Of a DNA stretch of 64,000 nucleotides, positions 49,969-61,740 are shown piece by piece (the first letter of the stretch is position 1; each line of letters starts with the position of its first letter). The translations under genes and the position numbers were made by a program. The notes under the pieces were generated by a model, which saw only the letters and a list, made by a program, of their open reading frames with translations, was not told the DNA's origin and did no database searches. The stretch is from Epiperipatus broadwayi (Eukaryota > Animalia > Onychophora): the NCBI GenBank assembly GCA_028023455.1, contig JAQFVV010000003.1, positions 24,800,001-24,864,000 on the forward strand, given 5' to 3'.

Positions 49969-52685
49969 TATTTATTGGTACAATAGAAAACAAGTACTAA
50001 AGAGCAGCAGGATGATACTTGTTGGAAATTGAAGTTAAAATTTTAAAGAAATAGATTTAGGAATATTCAACCATTAGATAATAAATAATATGGTAATAGC
50101 ACAGTTGGCAATTAAGGAATTTGACACTAGTGGCTTATCTATATAAAGCATATAGTCAAGTTCTTTTTGACAGCCCTAGAATAACTGAAATTGCAGATGA
50201 CTTTGTGAATCTGAAGTCCCAGAAAGTTTACCTTATGAAGATTTAGTTAAATACAGGCCAATCATTTTAGCCTTGAATGCTTTAAAACCTTGAATGCTTT
50301 AAACACATAGCTCTCATTTATGTATTAAATGCTAAGTAATGGAAAGAAGATGCAGAAATTAAGATGCTGTAGGTGACTTGCCAAAAAATTGTGGATGTGA
50401 TGATTACTGGAAGAAGCATTGTTGGAACAGTTTCTGTGGGGAAATGATAGTACTTAAAGACCATAAATAACCTGCCATATGCAGAAGCCATCAAAAAATT
50501 ATTTACCATGTATTGGTTTTGTTAGTTAAGCAAAGTTTCCAAACAAACAACAATTCTAAAAGGAGGCAAGTCTGAATGGCTGGAAAAGATAAAAATTAGA
50601 ATGCTGCTGTTGTGGAAAACTTTGGAACATAGCATGAGAGTGCAATTACACAAATTAAGTTTGGAGAAAACATGCCATCTAGATAAGGTCTGCTTTTTAA
50701 AAATGAATGCTCAAAAAAAATCTACCTAAATGTAAAAGTGAGCCAACTAAACACAGTTTTGAAATCAACAAGACTAATATGAATAGTTTTCAACAAACAA
50801 TGCTGCTAATGGGAATCTGCAGCAAACCTATAGAAATGGAAATAGTTTGCAAAGCTGGGATATCCCTCACATCTTTGAGTGATTGGATCAGATTAAGTAA
50901 AGAAATGGATGTCTGTTCTATGTTAATGAAAGAACATAAAGCTAATGGTGCAAATGGAAAACTCATAGTTAAAATAGGTGTAGTAAAATTACGGTGGAGG
51001 TTATTAACTGACATAAAAAATTAAAATTTATTGTAAAAAGCAATTTAAATTCCATATTACAAAGAAAATAGTTTGTTTCCTAGGCATAAAGATCTGTATG
51101 ATCAATAAAATCAATAGTGGGGGGGGGGGATATATATACTAAATTCCCCAAATTAGAACAAGGAAAAGTAAATACAGTATCTATCAAATAGAATTTTGAG
51201 AAGGGGTGAAACCTGTTTACCATTCACGCAGAAGTCAAAAATTGTAAAGGTCTTAGTAAAGAAAGGAATGCTATGCCAATGCCTGTTGAAAATTAAAAAC
51301 AGGCTTCCCAGGGTCATTTCTACAAAAGCCAACAACCAAATATGTGAGGACTTTAGAATAATGGTTAACAAAGATCTAGATAAAATCCTATACCCTATTT
51401 CAAATATGAGAAATAGTAATTTTGGCTGGGTCAAAAAAATTTTAAAGTGGGAATTGAATATTGTGTTTTATTAAATATCAATGTCAGAGGAAACAGCAAA
51501 CTTACTAATTATTAAAATAATAAGGGTTTGTTTAAATACAACTGACTTTCTTTTGGAATTACAACAATCTCAAATATTTTTAAGCAAAAGTAAATACACT
51601 ATTAAATAACCTATATTTTGATGATTCTCTAATAACAACTAATTCAGAAAAATTGTTATGCCATAGAATAATTAAAGTATGTGAGTGACTTAACATTTGG
51701 AGCTAAACTGAACTTTGAGAAGTGGATTTGGAATGCAAAACTAATTAAATTCCTGGGTCACATTCTTACAGGAGCGGGGATAAGATATGGTTAAAATGAT
51801 TATGAGCATCCAGAGACTAAAGAGTGTAAAGAATTGTAGATTTTCCTAGGGATAATAATTTTTTATTAGAATTTCTGAAAAGATAAAGCCTATATAACAT
51901 TATATTTATATGATTTGTTTCAAAAAAATCAACTTTGAATTTGGAAGGAAATGTAAGGGAGAGTTTTTTTTAAAAATAAAAATAGTATTAATATCTAGAT
52001 GTTTATTGGATCATTTTGACAAGAGTTTGGATCTAATATTAACAATGAATATATCAGAATACAGGATTAGACTTAGCTATCTCTCAGAAGAGGTTGAATG
52101 ACCAATTGCATTCATGTTCAGAATACGGTTGGAGGCTGTAAAAAATTACAGCCAACTATACAAAGGTCTACTAGCAATAATTTTAGCAGTCAAAAAAATT
52201 CCGACGATATCGATATAGTCAACTATTTATAATAATAACTGATCACAAACCATTATTATAAATATTTGCAAATAAAAAGGCAGCACCAGATCATTTAAAT
52301 TTCAGAATGGTTTCATAACAATAATTTTCTATCAGTATATGACTACAAATTTACAATTTGAAAAGAATAGTCTGATAAAATATGCTGATGCAATGTCTCA
52401 AGTTCACAATATAACTGGAAAAAAAAAGATATACAGGTAACAATAAATTGTTTGGATTGTGATTCTGGATTAAAGCTAATGCAGGTCACCAGAAACTTAT
52501 GAAATAGACCAACCTTGAAAATCATTATAAATCTTTATGGAATGTATGAGAACAATTATCAACTAATAATGGTTATATAATAATATAATATTGGAAAAAG
52601 AAATGAAAGGGGTAGTCGACTTGTACATTTTTGTAAAGAGAATGGGTTTGTCATTGCAAATACTTGCTTTAAAAATCATAGAAGA

Positions 52686-53393
52686 TTGTATACATGGAAA
52701 GCTCCAGGTAACAAAGAACGTTATCAAATTGATTATATACTGATTCAGAATAGATATAAGAATGCTGTTAAGGGTTCACATGCTTTGCCAGGTGCTGATA
52801 TAGATTCGGATCATAATTTGGTGATGGCTAAATTAAAGTTAAGTTTAAAAAGAATTAAAAGAGGGAAAAGATACACAAGATGGGACTTGGATAAATTGAG
52901 ACAAATGGAAAAAGGAAAATTTGGTTTAATATGTGAAAATGAATTTAAAAGAATTGTTCAGGATGGGAACTATATTAATAGCTCTGATGAGTGTTGGAAT
53001 AGAATTAAAGAGGGATTCTTGAAAATAGCAAAAAATGAAATAGGTATTATTCGTGCGAGAAAAGCTAAAAGACCTTGGATAACTGAAGGTATGTTGGAAA
53101 AGATGGAAGTGTGGAGATGGTGGAAGAATGTAAATACTGAGGAAGGGCAAAAGGAATATAGGAAATTTAATAATGAATTAAGAAGAGAAACAGATTTAGC
53201 AAAAGAAAAGTGGTTGGAGCAAGAATGTAAAGAGATAGAAAGGTTTCAACAGATGAAAAGATATGATCTAGCATTTGATAGAATACAAAGTATTTCTTGG
53301 GAGAAAAAGACATGGGTAGCAAGTGAGATTGCAGATAAGAATGGAAGAAGGTTAACCGATAGTAATGATATATTAAAAAGATGGGAAGAATAG
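52686..53393 (+). CDS. LINE ORF2 fragment: APE endonuclease C-terminus and linker
   Basis: YTWKAPG..YQIDYILI..SDHNLV APE motifs. Confidence 0.9.
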   Translation: MYTWKAPGNKERYQIDYILIQNRYKNAVKGSHALPGADIDSDHNLVMAKLKLSLKRIKRGKRYTRWDLDKLRQMEKGKFGLICENEFKRIVQDGNYINSSDECWNRIKEGFLKIAKNEIGIIRARKAKRPWITEGMLEKMEVWRWWKNVNTEEGQKEYRKFNNELRRETDLAKEKWLEQECKEIERFQQMKRYDLAFDRIQSISWEKKTWVASEIADKNGRRLTDSNDILKRWEE

Positions 53394-53462
53394 ATTCGGT
53401 ATCTGTTTAGTAGAGGAAATAATTTAATTAGTTACGAACTTGAAAATGAAGATGATGTTGCA

Positions 53463-54926
53463 ATGAATGATAGAGGTATGGACATACTGCCAGATGAAGT
53501 AAGAAAGGCAATCGCACAAATGAAGAATGGTAAGGCTATTGGATTTGATGCAGTACCTATAGAATTTTTGAGAGAAATGGGAGAATTTACTATGAAGGAA
53601 ATAGTTGGACTTTGCAATTTGATATATAATAGTGGAGTTTGGCCTGAAGATTTTTTAAGAACTATAGTGATTCCAATTGCTAAAAAGAAGAAAGCTGTTA
53701 AATGTGAAGAGTATAGGACAATAAGTGTATTGTCTCATGTTTCTAAGGTGTTATTGAGGATTTTAACTCAAAGGATTTATGGGAAGGTTGACTATTATAT
53801 TGCTGAAGAACAGTTTGGTTTTCGGAAAGGGAAAAGCACAAGAGATGCTATTGGTATTGTTAGGACAATTGCAGAAAGATATATTGAAAGAGATAAAGGA
53901 ATTGGTATATGTTTTGTAGATTTAGAAAAGGCATTTGATAGAGTAAGCTGGAATAAACTGATGTCTATCTTAAGAGATAAAGGAGTATTCTGGAAAGAAA
54001 GACGATTGATATGGAATATGTATAATGGGCAAAGAATAAGAGTTAGATTTGGATGTAATGAGACTGATGAAGTGAATATAGAAAGTGGAGTTAGGCAAGG
54101 ATGTAGTATGTCACCTGTTTTGTTTAATATTTATTTAGAAGATATGATAAATAATTATTTGGACTGTGGAGGAGCAAATGTTGGAGGGAGAGTAATAAAG
54201 TGTATAAGATTTGCAGATGATATGGCTCTTATTGCTGAGGAAGAAAAGGATCTTCAGAATATGTTGAATAAATTGGAAGGATGTATGGCATATGGAATGA
54301 AGATTAATATTGAAAAGACTAAGTGTTTATGGATAGGGAGAGATGCAAAAAGACTGCAAATTGGAATCCATGATGACTTGGTGCAGCAGGTGAAGGGATT
54401 TAGATATTTGGGTTGTTGGTTGAGTGAGGATGGAAGAAGTGAAGATGAAGTTAAAAGAAGAATAGCATTGGCAAAGGTGACATTTGTAAAAAGAAAGAAG
54501 ATATTCTGTGGACCTATGGAAAGAGAATTAAGGAAAAGATTAATTAAATGTTATGTGTGGAGTGTATTAATGTATGGTTGTGAGACATGGACATTGAGTA
54601 ATAGAATTAAGAAACGACTGGAAGCTTTTGAGATGTGGACATGGAGAAAAATGGAAAAAATCAGTTGGGTGAATAAAACAACAAATGAAGAAGTTTTGAA
54701 AAGAGTTAATAAGGAAAGAAGATTGATTGAAAGTATCAAAGAGAGAAAGAGAAACTGGATTGGACATATACTAAGAAAAGATTATAGTTTAATGAAAGAT
54801 GTTTTGGAAGGAATGGTGAGTGGAAATAAAAAGAAAGGACGGAAGAGATTGACATTATTGGATGATATACGAGATGGAAGGGGTTATGTGGAATTGAGGA
54901 AGTGGGCAAGGAAGAGAATGGAATGA
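53463..54926 (+). CDS. LINE ORF2 fragment: reverse transcriptase (RTE clade)
   Basis: EEQFGFRKG, FVDLEKAFD, GVRQGCSMSP, IRFADD, YGCETW, WIGHILR motifs; same frame as the upstream fragment. Confidence 0.95.
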   Translation: MNDRGMDILPDEVRKAIAQMKNGKAIGFDAVPIEFLREMGEFTMKEIVGLCNLIYNSGVWPEDFLRTIVIPIAKKKKAVKCEEYRTISVLSHVSKVLLRILTQRIYGKVDYYIAEEQFGFRKGKSTRDAIGIVRTIAERYIERDKGIGICFVDLEKAFDRVSWNKLMSILRDKGVFWKERRLIWNMYNGQRIRVRFGCNETDEVNIESGVRQGCSMSPVLFNIYLEDMINNYLDCGGANVGGRVIKCIRFADDMALIAEEEKDLQNMLNKLEGCMAYGMKINIEKTKCLWIGRDAKRLQIGIHDDLVQQVKGFRYLGCWLSEDGRSEDEVKRRIALAKVTFVKRKKIFCGPMERELRKRLIKCYVWSVLMYGCETWTLSNRIKKRLEAFEMWTWRKMEKISWVNKTTNEEVLKRVNKERRLIESIKERKRNWIGHILRKDYSLMKDVLEGMVSGNKKKGRKRLTLLDDIRDGRGYVELRKWARKRME

Positions 54927-56045
54927 AAGAATGAATGAACTGATATAGTGACTACTCTCTGGACCTGTCTATTGGACAGACTACTATTGATGATGATAAG
55001 ATAAAATGTTAATCCCTCTGCAAAGCTGCACTAAGTTTTGGAAATCTTTCACCAAGGTCATCATGGCATAATTAGAACTAAATTTCTTGCATAAAATTAT
55101 GTATAATGACCTAGCATTGAAGCAGAAATTGAAATAAATATATATTAACTTGTCAATTTATAAAACCACTCAAAAATATACTTGGTCGCTAAACCTGACA
55201 AATCATGGGCCTGAGTACATAGATATGATACAGGTCCAACAATAGGTCATATCTTTGTGGTATTATTTGATGCAGGACCACAGTAGATGAAGTATAAACT
55301 AGTAAAAAACACATGTTCAGTTGAAACCATTAAAATCTTGAAAGAAATTTTCACGTAGCATAGATCACTGAAAATCCTGGTGTCAGATGACATAGAATAT
55401 ATAATTTGCAGAATCTGAAGCATCCTTGACCAAATAAGGTCTGAAAATGTCTGTTCAAAACCATCATATTGTGAATCAAATAAGATTTCAAAGAAAGCTG
55501 TTCAGCAATTAAAGCAAATTCTAAACAAAACGAATTGCTATAACATGCAAGAAGCCATAAACTTTGTGATACTTCTCCAGCATATCATAACATCCACAGT
55601 TACAGGAAAGTCATCAATAATGATACATATGGGCAGAAGACTTCGGAGTAAATACTGGTACCAGAAACAGAATCACAGGGAGCTAGGAAGAAAAAATACT
55701 TATGGTGTTGGAGATAGAGTCTGTATAAATGATAATTTTCACAATATATATGTAGAAGGAAAATTTGGATCAAATAGTGGAAATTGAAATAGTATTGGAA
55801 ATCCATTTTTACTAGCATATCAATCACATCCAGAAAAACTGAAAACACTCTTGCATCAGATAGAAACTTACAGGTTATTACAATATTGAAATTGAGGTGG
55901 ATCATCATTAAAGAGAGTTAGCTGAAGAGCAGCAAAAGAATAATATTCCTAATAAATAAATGGAAAATAAATTTCACCTTACAAAATGTCCACCCATATA
56001 TTTAAAAGATTATGTGTGGTATTCCAGATAAAACAGAGGAAGTAA

Positions 56046-56764
56046 TGCACTGCCTTAGTTAATAGAGACAATAGAATTTGTAATAAATATCATACACATT
56101 GCTGTAGGTTTTAAAATTATATAGAGTAACATTTAGATTAAACTATAAAAAATTATAATAATTAGAGTATAAGATTAAGAAAGAAAAGAATGTTCAATTA
56201 AAAGATAAATAATCAATCAGATTAAACAAATTAACAAAACTAATTAGTTATTTCTAAAATAGAATAAAACAGATCAACAAAACTAATTAATTGTTTTTAA
56301 GACAGAAATCTTAAATTAGAATGCAAAGACATTCTAGTTAAGATTAAGATCAATCCACATTTCTGGAAAGATCAAATAACTCCAGAAAGGTATTAAAAGA
56401 ATGGTTAAACCTTGAACTGTAGAAGATGCCACAATATCTGTTTAGAAGCAACATCTAGATGAAGAAATACTTCTACAAATCTCTATATCCAATGGCATCC
56501 CAATTGATCTAGAAATGTCTAAAGACCTCCTTATTCTTGGCTACAATTTTAGAAAGTCACTGTGTAATTCTGTAAATAATTTATACTATTCTATAATAAA
56601 TTAAATCTGATATATCTATTATTATTGAATAATTAGCATTTAACCTATTTTTATCAAATATTTATTCTAAACTTACTATGATCACTTTCAGATTGATTTA
56701 TATATCTATTCGAATTCCTTTTCAAAGTCACAACTGCTAATTACCTGCTTAAAGAATTTGGACA
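56046..56764 (+). repeat. 3' LTR
   Basis: TG...CA, homologous to 49301-49968 with many indels. Confidence 0.7.
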
Positions 56765-57891
56765 TGCAGATGTAAAATAGTTTTTTTTTTTTTTTTTAGG
56801 CAAAGTCACAAGTTCCTTTATATAGGTCATGGTCAATCAATTTTGGAAACTCAGGAAAGCATCAAAAATTATGCATTTTAAAATTATTAAGAAGTCTTAT
56901 TTAAAATAGTCTACTGAACAATGCAATGAACATAATATATATATTAAATAAAAAATATTTATTAATATATAAATATATTTTTTCAAATAATGTCTCATTC
57001 CAGTGCCTATTTTAATTCATTAACTAAGTCAGCTATTTTGTGATCTCATTTAAAGAGCCAGATTCTGATACGAATATGACCTGAATATGATTTATAATAT
57101 ATATAGTCTAAATATATATAGGATTTACAATGTATATAGTCTAAAATCTTATTTCATACAGAGGTCAACAGAAGTGCTTTACCTAAATATATATTGTAGG
57201 CTACTATCACTTTATATATTTACAAAAATAATATTTAGCTAACAGATAATATCATAGACAAGCAAGTTATTAAAATTTTAAAATATTTCAATATCAGTTG
57301 TTAAATACATTATTATAATTTTAGACAATTATCATTGCTAAAAGATCATAAAAATATTAAAATCTATAATAATCCAGAAATAGTAAATGAATATCATTAT
57401 TACTACAGCTACTTATGAGTGTGGCCATTTTAACTAGAAAAAAAAAAAAAAAAAATTAAAAAAGGCAATTAAGAAAAACAATTAAAGGTGAATTTAAAGA
57501 TAACCACACAAATCAATTTATAAACCACAAATGCATTCACATATTTCACATGGTAATCCTTTAATCTGTTTGTCATAATGCAATGCTGTTTTTTTAAGTT
57601 CTTAGCAAACCCTTCTAAAAGAATTCAATAACTTTCTTAATCATAGTTCTTACATATGCTATCATCAACTATACTCTACTAATGAAAACAATCAATATTG
57701 CACCTTTTTATAACAGTTTTGGAATGATCACTATAATATAAATGAGGTCTACCTTTTTTATGAAATCCATAATCAAATTCATTACAAAATATCTTTGTGT
57801 AGCCATTTCTTATCCAGAAAGCTGAAGAACATGCTAATTGGTTTTTGAATTTTATCTTCATATTTTCAGAATAGTATAGAACATCCTAAAT

Positions 57892-58281
57892 CAGGGCTCC
57901 CCAACCCTATGCCCGCAGGCACCATGGTGTCCGCAGCCATTTTACGTGTGCCTGCCGATATCCGAACATGATAAAAAATTATTTATCTGATAAAAATAAA
58001 TTTTAAAATTTCTTATAAATTATTGTATTATACTGTAATCAAATTGTAGGGCATACTATACTTTTACAGCTAAAAATATAAACGTTAATTATATGTTAAA
58101 ATTTTATTTTTGAAATAAATATTTTTTTGTACATTATGTGTATTATTAACAATATCCAACTATAAATTTACATTGAAAAAATAAATGGTGCCCACCATCT
58201 AGTTGAATAAAATAAACGGTGCCCGCCACCGGCCATTATTATAGAATGTGCTCTTAAGTGCAAAAAGGTTGGGGACCTCTG
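57892..58281. mobile_element. hAT-superfamily MITE (390 bp)
   Basis: TIRs CAGGGCTCCCCAACC / GGTTGGGGACCTCTG and a perfect 8-bp TSD TCCTAAAT (57884-57891 and 58282-58289). Confidence 0.92.
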
Positions 58282-61200
58282 TCCTAAATATTAATTTTCA
58301 GGGTCTTTAAAACCAATGATTAATTTTCACCCCAATAAATTTTACAAAATAACAGTCTATATAAACTTAATTTAGTTAAAATATTTATAACTCTATAATA
58401 AAATATTTTTAATATATTAAATGCAGTAGCAAACTGGAATCTGTGTTGTATCTCAATAACTAAATTTATTTTTCTACCTAAAAACATGTAAATTGATTTA
58501 ATCACTCTTTAAAATTATAACTATCCAAGCGAAAAGTTGCTTTAAGATTTTTTAAAATCATTATTGGTTGATAAATATCTGAGTTTTTTACTATTATTAA
58601 TTTCTAAATAAGTCATTATAGATTCTATTCAAAATATTACCAGCACCATTTTTTAAATGGGCAAGGAAAAAAAAGAGCCCAATCTTCAATATATCTAGAA
58701 GCCAAGAATATTAAGTCCCTGTTATTAATCAGATTAAATTAAAAATTTCATCAGCAAACTTACCTAATATTTTGCTGTTACTTCAGGAAACTCTAATTTC
58801 AAAAATTATTATCATAAAAATGGTAAACAAATTTAGAGTTAGAGCATATTTTTGTTTGATTACAGTTTTCCATTTCTGAGACATTTTTAATCATCAGTAA
58901 TAATTCTTGTTCTTTTAACATTGCATAGAATATGAACAGGCAACTAATTTCAGACATTGCCACAAATTTTTTCAATTAATTTAATTTAATTAAATCAAAT
59001 GCCTTGGTTAAATTGATGAAAATAATATATAAATTACACTTTCACATAAAATTTTTTTCTTGATTTGCATGTTAAAAAAAAACAAAACATGTCTATAGCA
59101 TTCTGTTGTCACTGTTAACAATGTTATTTCATTATTATTACTGCAATTTTTTTTCTTTATTTTTTTATGAACAGGAGCAGTAACAGCATTTTAAAGATCA
59201 GGTGATTTAATTTCATATATCCTTAATATAACTAATAGTTTTGAAGTATTTCACATTAAATATTTTGAGACTTTTATAATTAAAAAACAAAGTAACCATA
59301 ATTAAAGAAAATTAAACTGCATGGTACTACATTTTTACAAAACATTGTGGAGTAATGGTGTTTCATCTTGTTGTGTTCAAGAGATGAGTATATAGATCAT
59401 AGCCTAAACACATCAAGAACAGAAAGCTATCATAAAAAAATCTTTGTGAAATACTTATTGATTATGATCAAACTAAGCATAAAACAGTGATACTGTTATA
59501 TCTTTAAGATTTGCTTCACATAACAGCTACCATATTTTGCATGGTCTATTGAGAGAGGTATCCAACTATTAGATCTACACGGGAATTGAATAAACTAACA
59601 CCATTAGTCCTGGGTACATTGAATCAAATTATTTCTAGCACTACTTCCTAATGTTGTAAAATTAAGACATTAGCATCGAGTACTTTTCTGACTTCTGGCT
59701 AAGTTTGGTCACAATTGGCTAAATCATAATGAAAGAATTTCCAGTTGTAATATTTTTTGGGATTTTGCTTCCAAGGCTAGGTCAAATCTTTTTTTTTTTT
59801 TTGGTTTACTGATTGTTTTGCTCATTAGAGTCTTGTTCATCAGACATGTAAACATTATTAATTGACAGTAGATATTATTAGCCTGCTGTTACCAAATATT
59901 ACTTTTAAAAGGTGCATTTTCTTTTCTACTGATTGACTGTTTGTTGCCAAAAAGCTAAATGAATCTAAGGTTGAGATTTATTCAGGTGGCACTTTTAACA
60001 GCATTCCAAGCTTTCATTGATTGCATTTACTCTCAAAAACTGACAACATAAAAACTGCCATCAAACATTTGTGTAATCTGATTAGTAATGTTTTTACCTT
60101 TACTGCTCCTTTAGGAAGAGATGCTATAGGGCTATTTAAGTCTGCTGTATATTTTACTTTTTCATTGTATTTTGAAAAAAAAAAAAAAAAAGCTACAGAA
60201 TGATCTTGAAAATAGGAATGAAACAAAAATATCATAAAACAAAAAAATTATATCAGAGAATATGGAAAATGAAGATATTCAGATTATATGAAAAAAAATG
60301 AAAGCTTAAAAACATATAATGTTGACTGGATAATTATTATTATTATTTTGGTGTTTGGACTCATAATTAATGGTACTGCTATACACCCCTCTCTCATTTC
60401 CAATTTTAAATTAAAATTGAAATCCCTAAAATATACAGTTACTGGTCTAATATAAGACCTGCAAAGCTGTACAAGTAAGTTGGCTTAAGTTCAAAGCTTT
60501 GAGTGTTGAATTTCATGCTTTTGGCATGAAACTATAAAAGAGATAAATATGATGATTAGATTGTAAGAGTAGAACAGCTTTTAACTGAAGACAGACAATA
60601 ACCAAAAACTAGACTAGGACATATGAAGCCCAATGATTATCCAAAGTTACAATAATGACTAAAAGATTGAATTACTGTTTCTAAAAGCAATGTTTAAAAT
60701 TATGAAATAAACAAAATTGCATCATTAATATGTAAAGATAGAATCTAATTTATTTTTTTTTAAAAATGAAAATTTTCTCAACTTGAATTTCCTTTTTACA
60801 TAAACTTTTTTTTTTTTAAGTCACTAAGGACTTTTTGTTTTAAATTAAGTAGAAATTGATTACAAAGAAGGGGAAAAAATATTTTAAAACTTTAAAAATG
60901 ATTCAGGTTATGTTAGAAATAAAGAAATCACCACTTAATTGTATGGATTTATCATATCTTTACTCTAAAAATATATGTAACATATACTTTACACATCTTT
61001 TACATTTCTTATATAAATATATACAAATTTATGACTATTATTTCTTTGTAGGCCAGGTATTTTGCCTTATTCTGATGACAACTACTTTTTACAAGGTCTT
61101 TAAAGTAGAAAATAAATTGTGAATAATAGAAGATAATGCAAACAATGTTTACAGAATTCGAAATCAAGAATTCAACTATCCACTAATAATTTTTTACAGT

Positions 61201-61679
61201 CACATTTTAATATAGCCAAAGCCAAACATAATTAAAATTGTCAAATAACAATTACGAATTACAGCATTGAAGTGTCCTCTGCTGAAGTACATTATGAAAT
61301 ATATTATTAAATGATATAAAACACATTTTTAATAATAAATTAATACAATACTGTGTGTGTATATATATATATGTATTCTACTTTTTTTTTTATGTGTCAA
61401 AACGTCAGCCGGGAAGCGAACACTGGGGCAACTGCTTGTAAGGCAGCTGTACTAATTACTAGGTCAACAACGCTTGACTATATGTATTCTACTTACACTA
61501 ATTTATAACTGGTACTATATATTCTATAAGAAAAATTAAAAAAATAAGCAAAATTAACACATTAATCAGTTAATAAGATAATCTACTAATGGGTAATATA
61601 GATGTGGGTCTTAGAGAGTTCATTATAAAAGTTTGAATATCTATTAAGAACAACTTTTGGTCAAAATGTTATTAGTGAC

Positions 61680-61740
61680 TAGTTGGTAGAGCATCCAACT
61701 TGGAATCGGGAGGTCCCAAGGATTGATTCTGGTGCTTAAA
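61680..61740 (+). other. Decayed tRNA-derived sequence (SINE head or tRNA pseudogene)
   Basis: tagttggtagagc (A box / D arm) ... gggaggtcccaaggattgattct (degenerate B box). Confidence 0.45.

Larger units (their letters stand above)
52584..54997 (+). mobile_element. 5'-truncated, nearly intact RTE-clade LINE
   Basis: One reading frame from 52584 to 54926 broken by a single TAG at 53391-53393; ends in a gat-repeat tail. Confidence 0.95.
49301..56764 (+). mobile_element. Old Ty3/gypsy LTR retrotransposon with two diverged LTRs, interrupted by an RTE LINE
   Basis: LTR-like pair 49301-49968 and 56046-56764, TGG-type PBS-like motif at ~49976, purine tract at ~56025-56045. Internal remnants: protease IEMEIVCKAGISL (ORF 50707-51024), RT, RNase H, integrase HHCC (HQGHHGIIRTK). 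No clear TSD. Confidence 0.8.

Noticed and set aside
52926-54767. Antisense ORFs over the RTE ORF2
   Set aside because: Shadow frames of the LINE coding sequence.
60040-60146. Possible minus-strand exons ADLNSPIASLPKGAVK / FLRVNAINESLECC*
   Set aside because: Weak acceptor and no recognisable homology.
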